Part shown: positions 9,977 to 21,546 of the stretch, one piece after another
How the letters are laid out: each line of letters opens with the position of its first letter
Position numbering within the stretch: the first letter of the stretch is position 1
DNA from: Eledone cirrhosa
Lineage: Eukaryota
Length of the DNA: 64,000 nt
Direction: 5' to 3'
NCBI GenBank assembly: GCA_964016885.1
Contig: OZ024740.1
Coordinates: forward strand, 106,268,001-106,332,000
The notes under the pieces: generated by a model
Seen by the model: the letters and a program-made list of their open reading frames with translations, nothing else
The model's database searches: none
What the model was told of the DNA's origin: nothing
Position numbers and translations under genes: made by a program

Positions 9977-12900
9977 GCAATAATAATAATAACGACAACA
10001 ACAATAATAATATACATATTCACATATATATACACACACACGCACGCACATAAGCATATCTACACACACACACACACGATAGCAACTAACAGTGCTGTGA
10101 TCGAATGTGGCTTTTTAGCCCAGCCAATGATCTAAAATGTCTTGCACAGAGTCGGCAACCAAAACATTTACTGGGAATAGTCGGCTGTGGTTGGAGTTCG
10201 TGTACTTTTGCATGTCGCTTGAGCCCTCCTGCTGATTTACATTCTCTACCACATGTTTGGCAAGCATGATGAGTAGCATCTCCAACAGCAGCCTGGTAGT
10301 CAACCACTGGCCTTACTTTATGACTGCGAAGATGACTTTCGAGCCCAGCTTTGCTTAGGCAGAGTCTCGCACAGACGCTGGATGTCAGCACCATAGGAGG
10401 ACCCTCGCCGTCTGGAAGTGCAACAGCAATGCCCTTCCTCACATCCCGCTTTACTTTCTCGTGTGCGATTCGAGATGCTTCAAAGGCAACTTTTCCCTCA
10501 TATACAGTCTTTCTCCATTTATTACGATCAGCAGCAATATTCTCCCATGTATCAGCAGAGATGTTGGCGTCTTTCAGAGAGGCTTTCAAGTAATCCTTAT
10601 ACCTCTTTTTTGGTTTATGTGGCGGTCGTTTTCCTTTAACCAACTCTCCATAAAAGAGTTGTTTTGGTATTCTAGAATCCTTCATCCTGGCAAGGTGACC
10701 ACTCCAACGGAGTCGTTGCTTAAGCACAAGAGCTTCTATACTGTCACACATAGAGCTTTCCAAAATCTCGATATCACTGATGTGGTCCCTCCAGTGAACG
10801 CCATGGATCCGTCTGAGACACATCTGATGGAAACGCTCCAATTGCTTAAGGTGGTGTCGATATGTGACCCAGGTCTCGCAGGCATAAAGAAGACAAGTGA
10901 GTACACATGCCCTGTACACCTTTACCTTTGTCCTCCTGCATATGTCTCGCCGACCCCAGAGTCGCCTTTCTAGCTTTCCGAAAGCATCACTTGCTTTCCT
11001 AATCCTAAGTGAGATTTCACTGTCAAGGTTGCCGTATCGATTGACAGTGCTTCCCAGGTAGACAAACTGATCAACCACCGCAAGTCGTTTGCCATACACA
11101 TAGATGTTTGGTTCAGTGTACTGCTTACCAGGGGCAGGTTGGTACATGACGACGGTTTTCTTGAGACTGACAGTCAAACCCAGGGCAGTGCAAGCGTCAG
11201 AAAATGCATTCAAAATGTGCTGCATATCACTCTCTGTGTGCGCTGCAAGATCGCAATCATCTGCATACAAGAGGTCTCTTATGATTGATGTAAATACTTT
11301 TGTCTTCGCAGCAAAGCGCCTGATGTTAAATATGCTGCCTGAGGTTCGATATCGGATGTAAACACCATGCTCGCAATTCCTGAATGCAATACAGAAAACC
11401 ATTGCAAAGTATATGGCAAACAGGGTCGGTGCTGGAATATCCCCCTGTTTCACTCCATTTTTTACTGAGATAGGCTCCGACATGTTACCTCCGACATTAA
11501 CCCAAGCCTTCATGTCGTCATGGAAAGACCTAACTAAAGCAAGGAACTTATCAGGGCAACCAAGTTTCTGGAGAACCTTCCATAATGCATCTCTGTTGAC
11601 AGTATCGAAGGCCTTTGTCAGATCGACAAAAACCTGATACAGATCCAAGCCTGTTCAATGCATTTCTCCTGGAGCTGTCTAGCTGAGAAGATCATATCAG
11701 TAGTGCCGCGTCCAGCACGAAAACCAGATTGACTTTCAGGAAGAACACAATCTGCAATGTGTGTCAGCAGACGGTCCAGAAGCACCCTACATAAAACCTT
11801 CCCTACGACAGAAAGCAATGATATACCTCTGTAGTTCCCACAATCATTCCTGTTACCCTTTCCCTTGTACAAGACCACCATTACTGCATCTCTCCAGTCC
11901 TCAGGTACGGATTCATTAGCCCATATCCTTCCAAACAAAGAGTGCAGATGTTGCAGGAGTCTCTCACCACCCTATTGTAGGAGCTCAGCATGTATGCCAT
12001 CCATACCTGGAGATCTTCCACTGTTCAGCTTCGAAATAGCCACTGCAACCTCCACAAGCGTCGGAGGTTCTGCGAGAGCTACTTTCACAGGACTTTCTGG
12101 AATGAGATTGAGGAAATCTTCACTGACGACAGACGGCTGATTCAAAAGATCATCAAAGTGCTCTCGCCACCTTCGTAGAATTCCCTGTGAGTCACGAAGA
12201 AGTTCTTTGCCATCCTTGCTGCGAAGCGGTGTCACCAGAGAAGAAGACGGCCCATAAACCTCACGCAAGAGACTGTACAACAGCTTTGTGTTATTGGAAT
12301 CAGACGCAGTTTGTATCTCACCAGCCTTCTCACTCCACCACTGATCCCTCATCTGAGAAAGACTCCGCCTAACACGTGATTTTACATCCCTGAGCTCCTC
12401 ATGCAACGTATTCCCCTCCTGTGGTTTTGCCGTCAAGTAGCGTGACAGAGCACGCCTCTTATCAGCCAACAAGTCTTCTATATGTACATCATTCTCATTA
12501 TGTTTTCTCTGCACCAATCCCAGAACACGCCTGCCTACATGATAAACCGACTTTTTAAGGGTCGGCCAGTCCTCACCAAGATCTGCAGCCGGCATCTCTT
12601 CTTCCAATGTTCTCTTCACATTTTTATCCTTAAGACGAGCAGCATTCAATCTTTTGGGCAGGGTAACACCAGGAGCCCGGATTTTACGTTTGGTGATTAG
12701 TTTCACTCTTGCGCGTACCAGGCGGTGGTCCGTCCAGCACTCAGCTCCACGAAAAACACGAACACACTGCACATCCTGTCTGTCACGCATCCTGACTAGG
12801 ACGTAGTCCAAAAGATGCCATTCCTTAGATGCAGGATGCATCCATGTGGTCTTGAATTTGTTCTTTTGTTGGAACATGGTGTTGGTAACACACAGATCCA

Positions 12901-13988
12901 GCTCCTCACACATCTGCAGCAGGAGCATACCATTGCTGTAACACTTTCCCACCCCATGCCTTCCGATTACATTCCATGTGTTAAAATCCCTACCCACTCT
13001 AACATTAAAGTCACCAAGCACGATGACTTTGTCTGCCTGAGGGATATTTCTTAGAACACCTTTCAAGGCATGGTAAAAGGACAGTTTTTCTTCATCGACA
13101 GAATTCATAGTTGGAGCATACACACTCACCAGGGTAGCATATCTTCCTTTGTCCAGCGGAACTCTCATGGACATAAGACGCTCACTAATCCCTACTGGGA
13201 ATTCTTCTAATTTATTCACAAGTACAGTCTTAACATCAAATGCTACCCCAGCCTCTCTTCTGGTTCCTTCATCTCTTCCTTTCCAGAAGAATGTATATTC
13301 TCCACAAAATTCCGTAAGATGACCATCTCCAGCTAACCTCGTCTCAGATAAAGCCACGATGTCAAGATCGTAACGTCGAAGCTCCTTTGCAACAAGAGCG
13401 GTCCTTCGTTCAGGACGCTCCAAGGACTCCCTGTCAAGCAGCGTCCGTACGTTCCAGCAGCCAAGACTAAATGCCTTGTTTGGCTCTATTACAATGGCAC
13501 GATGACGAGCGGGCCCAGGCTGTCATAACTTGGGGCCCCTGCCCTTATTGCCAATGATCTTGTTTGTTCCAGAACCTAAATTGCCAATTATTTCTTTTAC
13601 ATTGTTCTGGAACATCATTGAATTGGAAAAAAAAAAAAAAAAAAAAAGTAATAATAATAGTAATAATAATAATAATAATAATAGTACACTATTAATAATT
13701 ATTAATGCACTCGTGCAATGCCTGTGCGTGACGAATATTTTTAAAGTGAGGAAAGACTGTGCACTGAGCCAATCCCACTCTCTGAGCGACAGTAGCTATA
13801 ACCCGAAAAGAAGAAAAGATCAACATCATCGGTAACTACTGAGCCGCAGGTTTTATATCGGAGTTAACCCAGTTTCCTGAGATGCCTTCTCCTAGAAGAA
13901 TGCCCTGACAAGGGCTAGGGGTCCTTCACTCCCAGTGGTTTAACTGCGCGATCGGGCATCCAGCCCGATTATTTCTATGTCCCCGCGC
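9711..13988 (-). mobile_element. Nearly full-length RTE-clade LINE with putative 5' UTR (about 13740-13988) and 3' terminal stem-loop (9711-9750)
   Basis: Single APE-RT frame; 3' stem-loop CTCG-ATAA-CGAG followed by an (ATGT)n tail; both UTRs are interrupted by simple repeats. The outer boundaries are inferred. Confidence 0.8.
10086..13618 (-). pseudogene. RTE ORF (APE endonuclease, RT, three C-terminal C2H2 zinc fingers) with two premature stops and one frameshift
   Basis: In-frame ATG at 13618; motifs GCWNVRTL, ALSETRL, VYAPT, LGDFN, LLDYV, TDH, SPGMDGI, NYRGISLL, QSGFR, FVDLTKAFDTV, GVKQG, LLYADD, RLRWSGH. Stops at 13523-13525 and 11972-11974; frameshift at about 11650. Confidence 0.95.
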
Positions 13989-14113
13989 AAAAAAAAAAAA
14001 AAAAAAAAAACTCACTTATTGACACTTATACGTACGACATACACACACGCTCATACATATGCGCGCACACAGCAACACATACATACAAACAAACACACAC
14101 ACGCTACTCTACT

Positions 14114-14144
<31 letters not shown>

Positions 14145-14243
14145 TACCGTCATTACTGATACAAGATTACAAGATTATGTCAACTGTTGACTTTCAAGAG
14201 TTTGTATAGTTGAAGCCGATCGTATTACAGTCCAGTATTATTA

Positions 14244-14324
14244 TATACATACATACATACATACATACATACATACATACATACATACATACATACATAC
14301 ATACATACATACATACATACATAC
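14244..14324. repeat. (TACA)n tetranucleotide microsatellite
   Basis: Read directly from the sequence. Confidence 0.95.
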
Positions 14325-14389
14325 ACACATGTTTAGTACGTTTCTCACACGTTAATATTGTTCTGTAGGAGTTTGTCATAGGCTCCTCA

Positions 14390-14480
14390 TCCAACTGGAA
14401 CTCTCTCTTTGCACTCGTTTTCCAACGGACACTAGCCTACGTACATTCAACATTCAAGCTGAATATCAACCACATCGACT
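14390..14480 (+). pseudogene. Short remnant of a CR1/L2-type LINE ORF2 C-terminus
   Basis: Frameshifted pieces WNSLFA / FPTDTSLRTF / KLNINHID resemble the WNSLP..FP...FK..IN ending typical of these elements. Confidence 0.4.
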
Positions 14481-15184
14481 TCGCTATTGTTGAAGTGCCA
14501 CGTCAATTCTGTGAATACTTGCCTCTTCTGCTTCAACTAACATTTAAAAGTAAAACGGGAATTGACACGTCGCTGGTATCTCTGTTTGTCGGGTGCTTAA
14601 CCTTTTCTATTTCAACTTTCTTAACACTTCATATTTAAATGACGAAAACAAATTGTATGGAACACTTTGGTTATTTATTTATTTATATATTTATTTATTT
14701 TGTTGTTTTTATTTTTTGTTGTTGTTTGTTTTCGTTTATTTTTGTTGTGTTTACACAAAGAAGCAGGGGAAATGTTATGTTTTGATGTTAAACATTTAAC
14801 AAGATTTGAGATCTGCAAAGTTTACTTTCACCACCAGATATTTAACCGACTCAATGAGAGTGCCTCAATCACGACTGACCTGGACTAATAAACAGCGTGG
14901 TAACGATACGACCACCCCACTCCCACCTCCAATAACAACTGATACAGCATCCCAGCTTGGCAATCTGTAACATGGTTGATCAATATGCAAGAAACAACAT
15001 GAAATCTATTCAAATCATACCTTACCGTCATAAAAAGGAAGGAAACGTTAGATAATGTAGTCTTCCCGACTGGGGCAGGCCTTGGGCAAAACCACAACAA
15101 TAACAACAATCAAATGTTTACATCTTGTGCTTTACGTTACTAACTATAATAAATTTTTTCCGAATTACTGTGAAGGGGATATTC

Positions 15185-15335
15185 CTTGGTCTTTTGACCT
15201 GCTAGAAATAGCAGTCAAATTTGCCTATAAGTACTGTCTTAAAACAGAATTCTCACACTTCAGAACATAGTCCTGGATATGCAATAACCGAGAGGGGGAG
15301 GAAATTGTCATGACTGGGATATCTTTGAACATGTT
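15185..15335 (+). mobile_element. Old dispersed repeat with core GACCTGCTAGAAATAGCAG; relatives at about 14980-15062, 19940-20315 and 24400-24545
   Basis: The motifs TGCTAGAAA, CTGTCTTAAA and CATTAGATAAT are shared among the copies. Confidence 0.5.
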
Positions 15336-15668
15336 TACTCAGTGAAAATTGCTTCAAAACAACAACAACATTCATGATATTAAAAAGATTTAACAAACAC
15401 GGACTCCTTAACTGAACAGAAACAAAAATGTAATATCCAGTTTTGTATTTTATTATTAATACATTTGAGTGTTTTTTTTAAATTTGCTTTTATTATCGTT
15501 TTAATATAATCTCGTGTTTCTATGACTTGGCTTAACAGTGCTGTGTCAGCGCATGCGTAAACAACCAGCTAGTATTAAGCGATCGGTTTCATTGGAAAAT
15601 TCAATGACCTTTATGACTTTTCAAGAAAGTCTGTTTCTCTGTCATTCTCTCTTTTATCTCACTTGCTC

Positions 15669-15741
<73 letters not shown>

Positions 15742-16333
15742 CTCTTTTCTCTCTCTCTCTCTATATATATATATATTATTCTCTTCTCTCTCTCTCTTCT
15801 CTCTCTCAAAGTGTAGTTCTTTAACTGAAGGATTTTGTTTTAGATTCAAATGTTAAGAGGCAAATCTACTTCGACAGAAGAGAAAAAACAAGATCAATAC
15901 AATACTCTTTCAAACACACAAGACATACACACAAACATACACTCTCATAAACACATAAGCGTACACAAACACAAAATAATGAAACAACAACAACAACTAT
16001 TACAACGATAACAGAAGCAATAATAACAATGATTGAATTCTGAATGAATTTAATTTAATTATGTCCTTTTTCGCTCAATTCTCTCAAGTCTCTATTTTCT
16101 TTCAAATTGATGTAATACGGTTTAATATTTTATATTAATAATATGTTAGTTGTTCAGTTTCAGTGTTAAATGTCAACTGCCAATGAAAGAAAACAAGGTG
16201 GTGGAGAAGAAGGGGGGATTACTTTGAATAAATAATTAGGAAAATATGTTGAAATTTTCTAAAGAAAAAAGATTAAAAACTACTTAGGTACAAATATAAT
16301 TCAGAAATTTCATTATATATATATACACACACC

Positions 16334-16386
16334 CTCGAAAGGCTTGCTGAACACACAAGCTGAAACCGTTTGGTACTGCGGTCGAG
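16334..16386 (+). ncRNA. Possible decayed hammerhead with a damaged core
   Basis: Stem II GGCTTG/CAAGCT, GAAA at 16362-16365, stem III ACCG/CGGT, GTC triplet, CTC/GAG stem I; the CTGANGA box is not intact. Confidence 0.35.
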
Positions 16387-16393
16387 ATTTTAC

Positions 16394-16456
<63 letters not shown>

Positions 16457-16723
16457 GTGTGTATAATGGTAGCTATGGTGATTCCATAGGCGGTATGCCA
16501 AAATTAGCACTCAATATTCATACAGAGTAGAGTGTGAATAGTATAAAAAAAACGAAAAACCATGTGTATGTGGGTGCGTATGTATGTATGTGTGTGTGTG
16601 TATGTATATATGGGTCTATATGTGTGGATTTATATATATATATATATGTGTGTACATCTCACAGGAATCTGTACGGATGGATTATATATTCATTTTATCA
16701 TGTATTATTTTTCTCATATATCC

Positions 16724-16780
<57 letters not shown>

Positions 16781-16784
<4 letters not shown>

Positions 16785-17675
16785 TTACACCTAATTGTGT
16801 ATGGTTTACGGTATATTTAGTCGATTTCTACATGCTGTTGAAATGTTGGGTAAATATTCTAAGAGGCTGCTTTCGTTTATTTATCAAATATTTCTTCATA
16901 GGAGCCTTTATTCTTATAGCCTGGTCTAATTGATTTTTTATGTGGTTAATTATGCTAATTGGGAGAGGAAATAGTGTATATATTTTATCAAATGATTCTA
17001 TGGACATAATTTATGATATGTTACTCTGATTATTTAATTTATTAATTCTTCATTGAGCCACATCGTGAACGGTTGCCACATATATATCTGTGACTTTGTG
17101 TATATGTAAATCTTTATATTTAATAATCTCCCATTAGGTTGAAATACAATTTGGGCAATATTGGGCTGCGCTTTCTAGCAACCAGCCTACTCGCCGTAAG
17201 CAACTAATCACATTCTTTCTAACTTGACCACTGCCACGTCACGATTCTTAGCCATTTTTTAATCTATTTCTGGCGGGGACCGCTTTGGAAAATTAACTGT
17301 CCTATGAGTTTGTTTCCTGATGAGTTCGATACTCGAGATGTATCCTTAATAGAATATCTCAAAACGCGAACGAAACCCAGGGTAGGGACATAATCACGGT
17401 AAAAGTGTACGTATTTCTTCTAACTTTAAATTTATACCTAATTGTGTATGGTTGACGGTATATTTAGTCGATTTCTACATGCTGTTGAAATGTTGGGTAA
17501 ATATTCTATTGCGGTCACCGCGAAGAGGCTGCTTTCGTTTATTTATCAAATATTTCTTCATAGGAGCCTTTATTCTTAAGACCTGGTGTAATTGATTTTT
17601 TATGTGGTTAATTATGCTAATTGGGAGAAGTGTATATATTTTATCAAATGATTCTATGGACATAATTTATGATAT
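16781..17675 (+). mobile_element. Hammerhead-containing, terminally redundant element (unit of about 647 bp plus a repeat of about 240 bp); Penelope pLTR-like or retrozyme-like
   Basis: 16781-17019 is repeated at 17428-17675; an intact hammerhead lies between them; (TA)n flanks; no credible ORF. Confidence 0.75.
17311..17390 (+). ncRNA. Type I hammerhead ribozyme with intact core; predicted cleavage after GUA at 17384
   Basis: Stem I TGTTTC/GGGACA (two GU pairs); CTGATGA at 17317-17323; stem II GTTCG/CGAAC extended by GAGATGT/ATATCTC; GAAA at 17372-17375; minimal stem III ACC-CAG-GGT. Confidence 0.82.
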
Positions 17676-17779
17676 ATATATGATATACATATATATATAC
17701 TATATTGTTATTTTATTGTATATTGTATTTTTATTGTATATTGTATATTTATTTTACGGTTTTATTTATATATGTGGAA

Positions 17780-18700
17780 GCATGTGTGTGTAAGCAAATA
17801 TGCATATGTGCATATATGTGCATGTGGGTGTCCGTGTGCGTATGTATGTATATATATATATATATGTACATGTATATATATGTGTATGTATGTGTGTATG
17901 TATATATGTGGGTGTGTGTGTATGCATGTGGAGTTATATATATGTGTGTTTATGTATGTGTGTATGTATTTATGTGTACGTATGTGTATTTTGTATGTAT
18001 GTGTATGTGTGTATTACATGTATGTGTGTATATATGTGTGCGTATACAGATATGTATATGTGTATAAGTGTGTGTCTGCATGCGTGTGTATATGTGTGTG
18101 TGTCTATGTACACACACATATATATATAGATATATGGTGTGTGTATCTGTCAGTGGAGATGTGTGTGTGTGTCGATGCGTACGTACACCCACATAGGACA
18201 GGGTTTGTCTATGTGTTTATATGCAGGTACATGAACTTGTGTGTAGATATATGTACAGGTGTGTGTATGTGTGTGTATGTGTGCTTATGTCTTTGGAAGT
18301 GTGTCTGTCCTTGATGCCTTTCCATAAGGATATGCGTGTATGTGCGTGTGTGTATATGTATGTGTCTGGGAGTGTTTGTGTATATATGTGCAGATGTGCC
18401 CGAACGCCGATTTGTGTCTTTGTATGCGTGCACGTGTGTGTCTGCGCACATGTGCGCGTATGCGTAAATGTGAGACCGGATGTAAGGGGCTGTTTAGGCA
18501 GGCGCCAATAGGCATGTGGCGGTCGGTATGTGGATGTGGGTGTGCTTGGGTATATGTAAGAGAGGGAGAGTGTGTGCGTGTGTATATATGTACATGGGGG
18601 TATGTGTGTCTAGACATGTATGCGTACATATGTGTATGCATGCATGTGTGTGTACCTGCGCGTGTGCATGTATTTGTGTGTGTATATGTGGGTACATACT
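17780..18700. repeat. Degenerate (TG/TA/CG) alternating purine-pyrimidine tract
   Basis: Read directly from the sequence. Confidence 0.9.
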
Positions 18701-19055
18701 CGGGAGTGTGAACAGACGTGTGAGATACCAACCCCAGCATGGCTCCATTGAAGTGTGTCGGACGAAAAATGGCTGATGACCAGTGTAGCAGTAAATAGTG
18801 ACCAGAACTTATGATGACGTAGAAAAACAACAGCCAATGGCATGAAAAGAGTGGAACATGTTTTTTGAAGGTGTTTTTTGACGATAACAGCCCAGTGAGA
18901 AAATTTTCTCCGAACGAATTGTATGTGTCCGCAGGAACCTGCAGCCGTAGAATCAGCCAGATCCATACAGCGATCATGTCTCGAGTTACCTGCCGGCGAA
19001 ACAATTATAACACGCAATAAACTGAGTCCAGATGCACTGATTTTTCGTTTTTTTA

Positions 19056-19088
<33 letters not shown>

Positions 19089-19091
<3 letters not shown>

Positions 19092-19128
19092 CTTTATTAG
19101 CCACAGGGGCACAAAAGAAGGGGACAAT
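19089..19128 (-). mobile_element. Extremely 5'-truncated 3' end of a Tx1-like LINE inside a (TA)n tract
   Basis: The reverse complement GCCCCTGTGGCTAATAAAGAAA matches 3503-3524 at 20 of 22 positions. Confidence 0.7.
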
Positions 19129-19274
19129 ATATATATATTATATATATATATATATATATATTATATTTATATATATATATATATATAATATATTATATAT
19201 ATATATTATATATATATATATTATATATATATATATTATATATATATATATTATATATATATATATTATATATA

Positions 19275-19319
<45 letters not shown>

Positions 19320-19939
19320 ATATATTATATATATATATATATTATATATATATATCATTATTTATAAAAGGCAGATTGTTGTTGTTGTTGTTGTGTGTGT
19401 GTGTGTGTGTGTGTGCATGTTCCATATTTATACATTTGAACAATTTCAAACCGATTTGACTCAAAGTCTGTAAGAATGTTGTAAATGGTAAAACTTAGGT
19501 TAACGACTATTTATGTCATTCAAACTCACCCACAATTATGGAAATAATTGATAAAACTAAATACATGACGCTTTACCTCTCTAAAACAATCTCATTTTCT
19601 CTCTCTCTACACCCCTTAAAATTCGATAAAACTACATACATGCTGAAACTTTTTCTTATATACGATTAAACCTACAAACTTCCTTTAGGAACGCCGGAGA
19701 GAGAGATAAGAGAGTGAGAGGGAGAGAGAGAGAGAGAACGGTTGTTTTTGAGTGTGGAACGGTCAAACATTTATTTACTTCAATGACAAAGAGAACTTAT
19801 TACATTTCATACGAAACAACAATTATTCAAAAGCAACAGATAAATTTATTCAACAACAAAAAAAATAGCGATAAATCTTTTTTAAAACCTTTCAACGAAG
19901 TGGAAGAAAGAAGTATCAGTTTATTTACTATACACAATA

Positions 19940-20302
19940 ATATCCTCTATGAGGTCACTAAACCTGCTAGAAACAGCAGCTAACTCTCCCATATATCACA
20001 CCCCTCCCTACTGTCTTAAATTTAGAAAACATATCCTCTATGAGGTCACTAAACCTGCTAGAAACAGCAGCTAACTCTCCCCTATATCACACCCCTCCCT
20101 ATTGTCTTAAATTTAGAAAACATATCATCTATGAGGTCACTAAACCTGCTAGAAACAGCAGCTAACTCTCTCCATATCACACCACTCCTTACTGTCTTAA
20201 ATTTAGAAAACATATCCTCTATGAGGTCACTAAACCTGCTAGAAACAGCAGCTAACTCTCCTCCATATCACACCACTCCCTACTGTCTTAAATTAAGAAA
20301 AC
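19940..20302 (+). repeat. Minisatellite of 4 x 90-91 bp
   Basis: Units start at 19940, 20031, 20122 and 20212. Confidence 0.95.
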
Positions 20303-20591
20303 ACACATTAGACAACTATGCAGAACAACTCCATCGCAGCTATGTTGTTCGGCTGGCATCGTCTACGCGCATGTTGCGCATGTACTGTGAAACAATAAAT
20401 TTCAACACTTCTTTGCACAGAGATAATATCCATAGACGAAACTACAATTGTCACTGCTGGTGCAGCTCCTGCTTCGGCAGTCCAGGTCTGCAATTCATTC
20501 ACCCAGTGCCTGGCAGACAAAAAAGTGCTGCCATAAAATGGGTGGTGCAACCTAACTTTGGTAACTTACTGACCCCGAGCTTTAATGCTAG

Positions 20592-20909
<318 letters not shown>

Positions 20910-20910
<1 letters not shown>

Positions 20911-21322
20911 CCCTTGCTAGTCCTCACGTGGATTTAGTATCGGGTTCCCTTGTATTATTGAACTAAACCCCTGTTGAAAAAGTGGTTTCCTTGTTCATCA
21001 TCTTACCAGAAGCCGGATATTTTTCATGTAAGCTGACGGTAACTGATTTAGGAGCCGCAGAAACCCAAATGCTGGAATTTACCATCTTTCCAGGGGGTCC
21101 GGGTAAATTTTTCATTCATATATATTTTTATTTGTCTGACCCGAATTTTCTTGGTCGTATTTTCGGCTGTGCGAATGATTGTTTAAGCATCGTCTCGGTG
21201 TGTTGGTATTAAACCTTAGTTATAGCTCTGGTTTATCCAAACTATTGAGCACTTTGCCACACATTTCGAAGATTGTTTCGTTATTTTTCATGGGCCGAGG
21301 TTCCGATTCTCGATAATTTATT
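20910..21322. mobile_element. Unclassified dispersed element of about 410 bp, copy 1, flanked by TA tracts
   Basis: Colinear similarity with 28190-28772, for example GATTTAGGAG.CGCAGAAACCCAAATGCTGGA and GGGGTCCGGGTAAATTTTTCA. Confidence 0.75.
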
Positions 21323-21386
<64 letters not shown>

Positions 21387-21495
21387 TAATAATAATAAAT
21401 TTGAAAACTAAAATCCAAAGAGGGCTCGGTAAGGATAAATATATATCAAATATATAAGAACCGTAGAGCAAATATTTATTAAAATAACAGATTAA

Positions 21496-21546
21496 AGTTT
21501 AAGCAAAGAATCGTTGCTTTCACCCTTAACGGGATCTTCTGAAACT
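21496..21546 (-). ncRNA. Degenerate type I hammerhead ribozyme
   Basis: On the minus strand: stem I AGTTT/AAACT, core CAGAAGA (U4 changed to A), stem II CCC/GGG with a T-T closing mismatch, GAAA, stem III AGCAA/TTGCT, CUU triplet. Confidence 0.55.

Noticed and set aside
13710-13720. CTCGTGCAATG inverted match to 9741-9751 as terminal repeats around the RTE
   Set aside because: An 11-bp match is expected by chance at this window size, and LINEs do not have terminal inverted repeats.
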